Below, piece by piece: positions 61,589 through 64,000 of a stretch of 64,000 nucleotides of DNA; position 1 is the first letter of the stretch, and the number at the start of each line of letters is the position of its first letter. Source of the DNA: Lingula anatina (taxonomy: Eukaryota; Animalia; Brachiopoda); the NCBI GenBank assembly GCA_051362555.1, contig CM120644.1, forward strand, positions 11,616,567 to 11,680,566, in the 5' to 3' direction. The translations under genes and the position numbers were made by a program. The notes beneath the pieces are model-generated. The model did not search any database and was not told where the DNA came from. It saw only the letters and a program-made list of their open reading frames with translations.

Positions 61589-64000
61589 ATTAATTAGGAT
61601 TCAGAAAAATAGTTGAAGGTATTTCATTTGTATAAGATGTATAGTTTCATCACACATCCGGGTGGTTATTGCAAACTACAATATCTCCCTGTTACACCAT
61701 GATAATTTACAAAACTAGAAATAATAATTTGTCAATATTTGCATCAATCTCTGAATTATTTGATTGATGATTGTTTTATCTTTATAAACTGTTTGTCCAC
61801 TGCATGTTCCTTTGAATTAAACATAAATTTAAACTTATTTATCTATTTATTCAAAAACATTCAAATGAGGTTAAGTATTAAAAAACGTATCAATGCCCTC
61901 GTCGAAATATGACATTGTTACCCTTGACCCCCCCCCCCCCCCCCCACTCTCTCCATCAGTCACTTATTCACAATTCCAGCGAACTCACTCCAGATTCAGT
62001 AACGTGAACTAGTACCCGAGCCTCTCGGCAACAACCTCCAAAGACCTTTTCTCAAAACAACAAACAAAATTATAGAAATCAAAGTTAAGAAGAATTAGTT
62101 CCAATGTAATGGAACGCTAGGAATGAGGCACTGGGCCGTGGAGAGAAAAGGAGACGCGAATTAATAATGATGATATGCAGTGACAGATTGCTCTCCTCTC
62201 TGAAGAAGTTCAAGGGATCTGAAAAATCTGCTACATATTAGAGGTCCCCCTTCAAAGGGATTCCGGTCTTTTTGCAGCTACTGTTTTCCGTGTAGATATA
62301 TGAAAGTTCACATCAGCCACCGAATCTCATTGTTATTTCCTCATTCCGCGTTCATCCCCATGTCGTGCAGTAATGTCCCCCCGGTCGTGTTACCTACATT
62401 CATATTAATTAATCCGTTAGCACAACCCCCCCGTCCCGCCGTGCTTTAAGACAATGTGACTCATTTGTGGCTTTCTTTCTACCTGTCTTCGACATATTCT
62501 TTGTGGATATAAATATATTGCTGATTAGTGAGGCGCGAAGCACCTCAGGAGCACTAATGACTGTCTGCCAACGAGGCCAACAGTAACGAATTAAAGCTGT
62601 TTTTACAGGTACTTTGTTCTATTTTATAAATACAATTTGTTTCTGCTGTGAACAATAATAAGCCTGTGGATTTCTTGTTCTTGTTTTGTGTTCCTTTGGA
62701 CTAAACACCAAAGCGAAAATTCAAGGCACGAGCGCATGTAAATATTCCACGACGATTCCTTTGATTATTCATCAAAGAGAAAATGATTATGGAAGAAATT
62801 ATTTTGCAAGGATTCGCGCATGATACCCCAGAAAAAAAATTCTGAAGAACGTTTCGGCGCTTTTGGCGAATTTCTGCAAGGCTTTTGGCCCAAGGATATC
62901 TAAGTAAACAAAGTATGTTTCAGATTAACTTCAATTCGATAAAATAAACCATTTGTCTCGTTCGTTTTGCTGCGAATGTCCAGGTTAACAGGCTACTTAA
63001 CTGATACTGCTAGAACGTGAAGCTACCTGCACGAGAGCGCTACGTCGTCTTTGAAGTCGGGCATAACAAGTGTTAACGGGGGAACATCAAAGGGATGCCG
63101 ACAGTTGGGGAGAATGGTACCTTGCTGATGAAAATTGGGGGAGGGGGTGATGGTTGAGTGAGGGGGTTGGACAAAGGGAGAGGAGATCGGAAGGAAGAGA
63201 GAGGGGGAATAAAAGAAAGAGTGGAAAGGGACAGAGAAATAGAAAAGGAGGGGAAGTACTTTGTAAATTATCTTAATGTTAGTAAAAAATGGCGATGAAT
63301 GCAAGCACATGAACGCTGCATGAAACAAACGAAAGTCCAACACTACGTGCTGCCCTATTCACACGAGACCAGTGTCGATATTTAAACATTTATCTTGACT
63401 TGGGCACTCGCAGGGTAGAGGAAAAATCAAGTACAACTACAACATCAAAATGTGTACTATATTTGTGACATAGACCTTGAAGATTGTGGAACTTAGCCTG
63501 TCCTCAACACGCTCATTTCTTTTCGGATATATAGAGGCCGTAAAATGAGATCAAGAGCCGTCCGTTAGCACGGTGATCTTCTTGAAAAATAAAAGAAAAT
63601 GTCCTCTCTGTAATAAATCGAAATAAATTTATCACTCATTTGAAGTGGAAATAACGTGTTACGTCATATAAATAAATTAAAATATGATTGAAAATCTAAT
63701 AAATTGCAAATGATGAAATAACACTTTAACCCACGTACACAAGAGATTATGTTTTATATCGTATTAATAATACCAACACGTATTGACAGTCTTTTGTCAA
63801 ACAAAAAAATATTGTTGTCCTCTTACGAAGCAAATGACAAATTTCAAACAAGAACGAAGAACACTGGTTTTGTATAGTGCGGTCGCTTGTGAAGAAATTG
63901 AAACATTGTTAACACAGGCGACGCTTTAACACATCTTATTATGATTTCCCCTCCGTCGCAACGCCCGGTGGACGGTCTTTAAGTGGGGAGCAAGCGGGGT

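Overview
AT-rich, intron-rich animal genomic DNA, probably a marine invertebrate (lophotrochozoan-like; taxon not determinable from the sequence alone). Reading splice sites by hand gives: (1) the 5' part of DDX42, an 18-coding-exon DEAD-box helicase gene on the minus strand running off the left edge; (2) two tandem, intact 3-exon CHST8-14/Sulfotransfer_2-type carbohydrate sulfotransferase paralogs, the first with an intron inflated by nested transposons (a decayed Tc1 split by a 2.76-kb Academ-like element, plus MITEs); (3) a small 2-exon, 169-aa gene fusing a histone-tail-like basic N-terminus to a Tc1/IS630-type DNA-binding HTH, ending in a replication-dependent histone-type stem-loop plus downstream element (the most unusual item); (4) a His/Arg-rich two-TM protein with PPxY motifs (minus strand); (5) an orphan first exon at 35.8 kb; (6) the first two exons of a secreted, Cys-rich polyQ protein with a legumain/clan-CD-like motif, set in a gene-poor region strongly enriched in optimal TCF/LEF sites. 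Many non-autonomous DNA transposons (Harbinger-like, Kolobok-like, hAT-like) and microsatellites are interspersed. Most short ORFs in the track are spurious.
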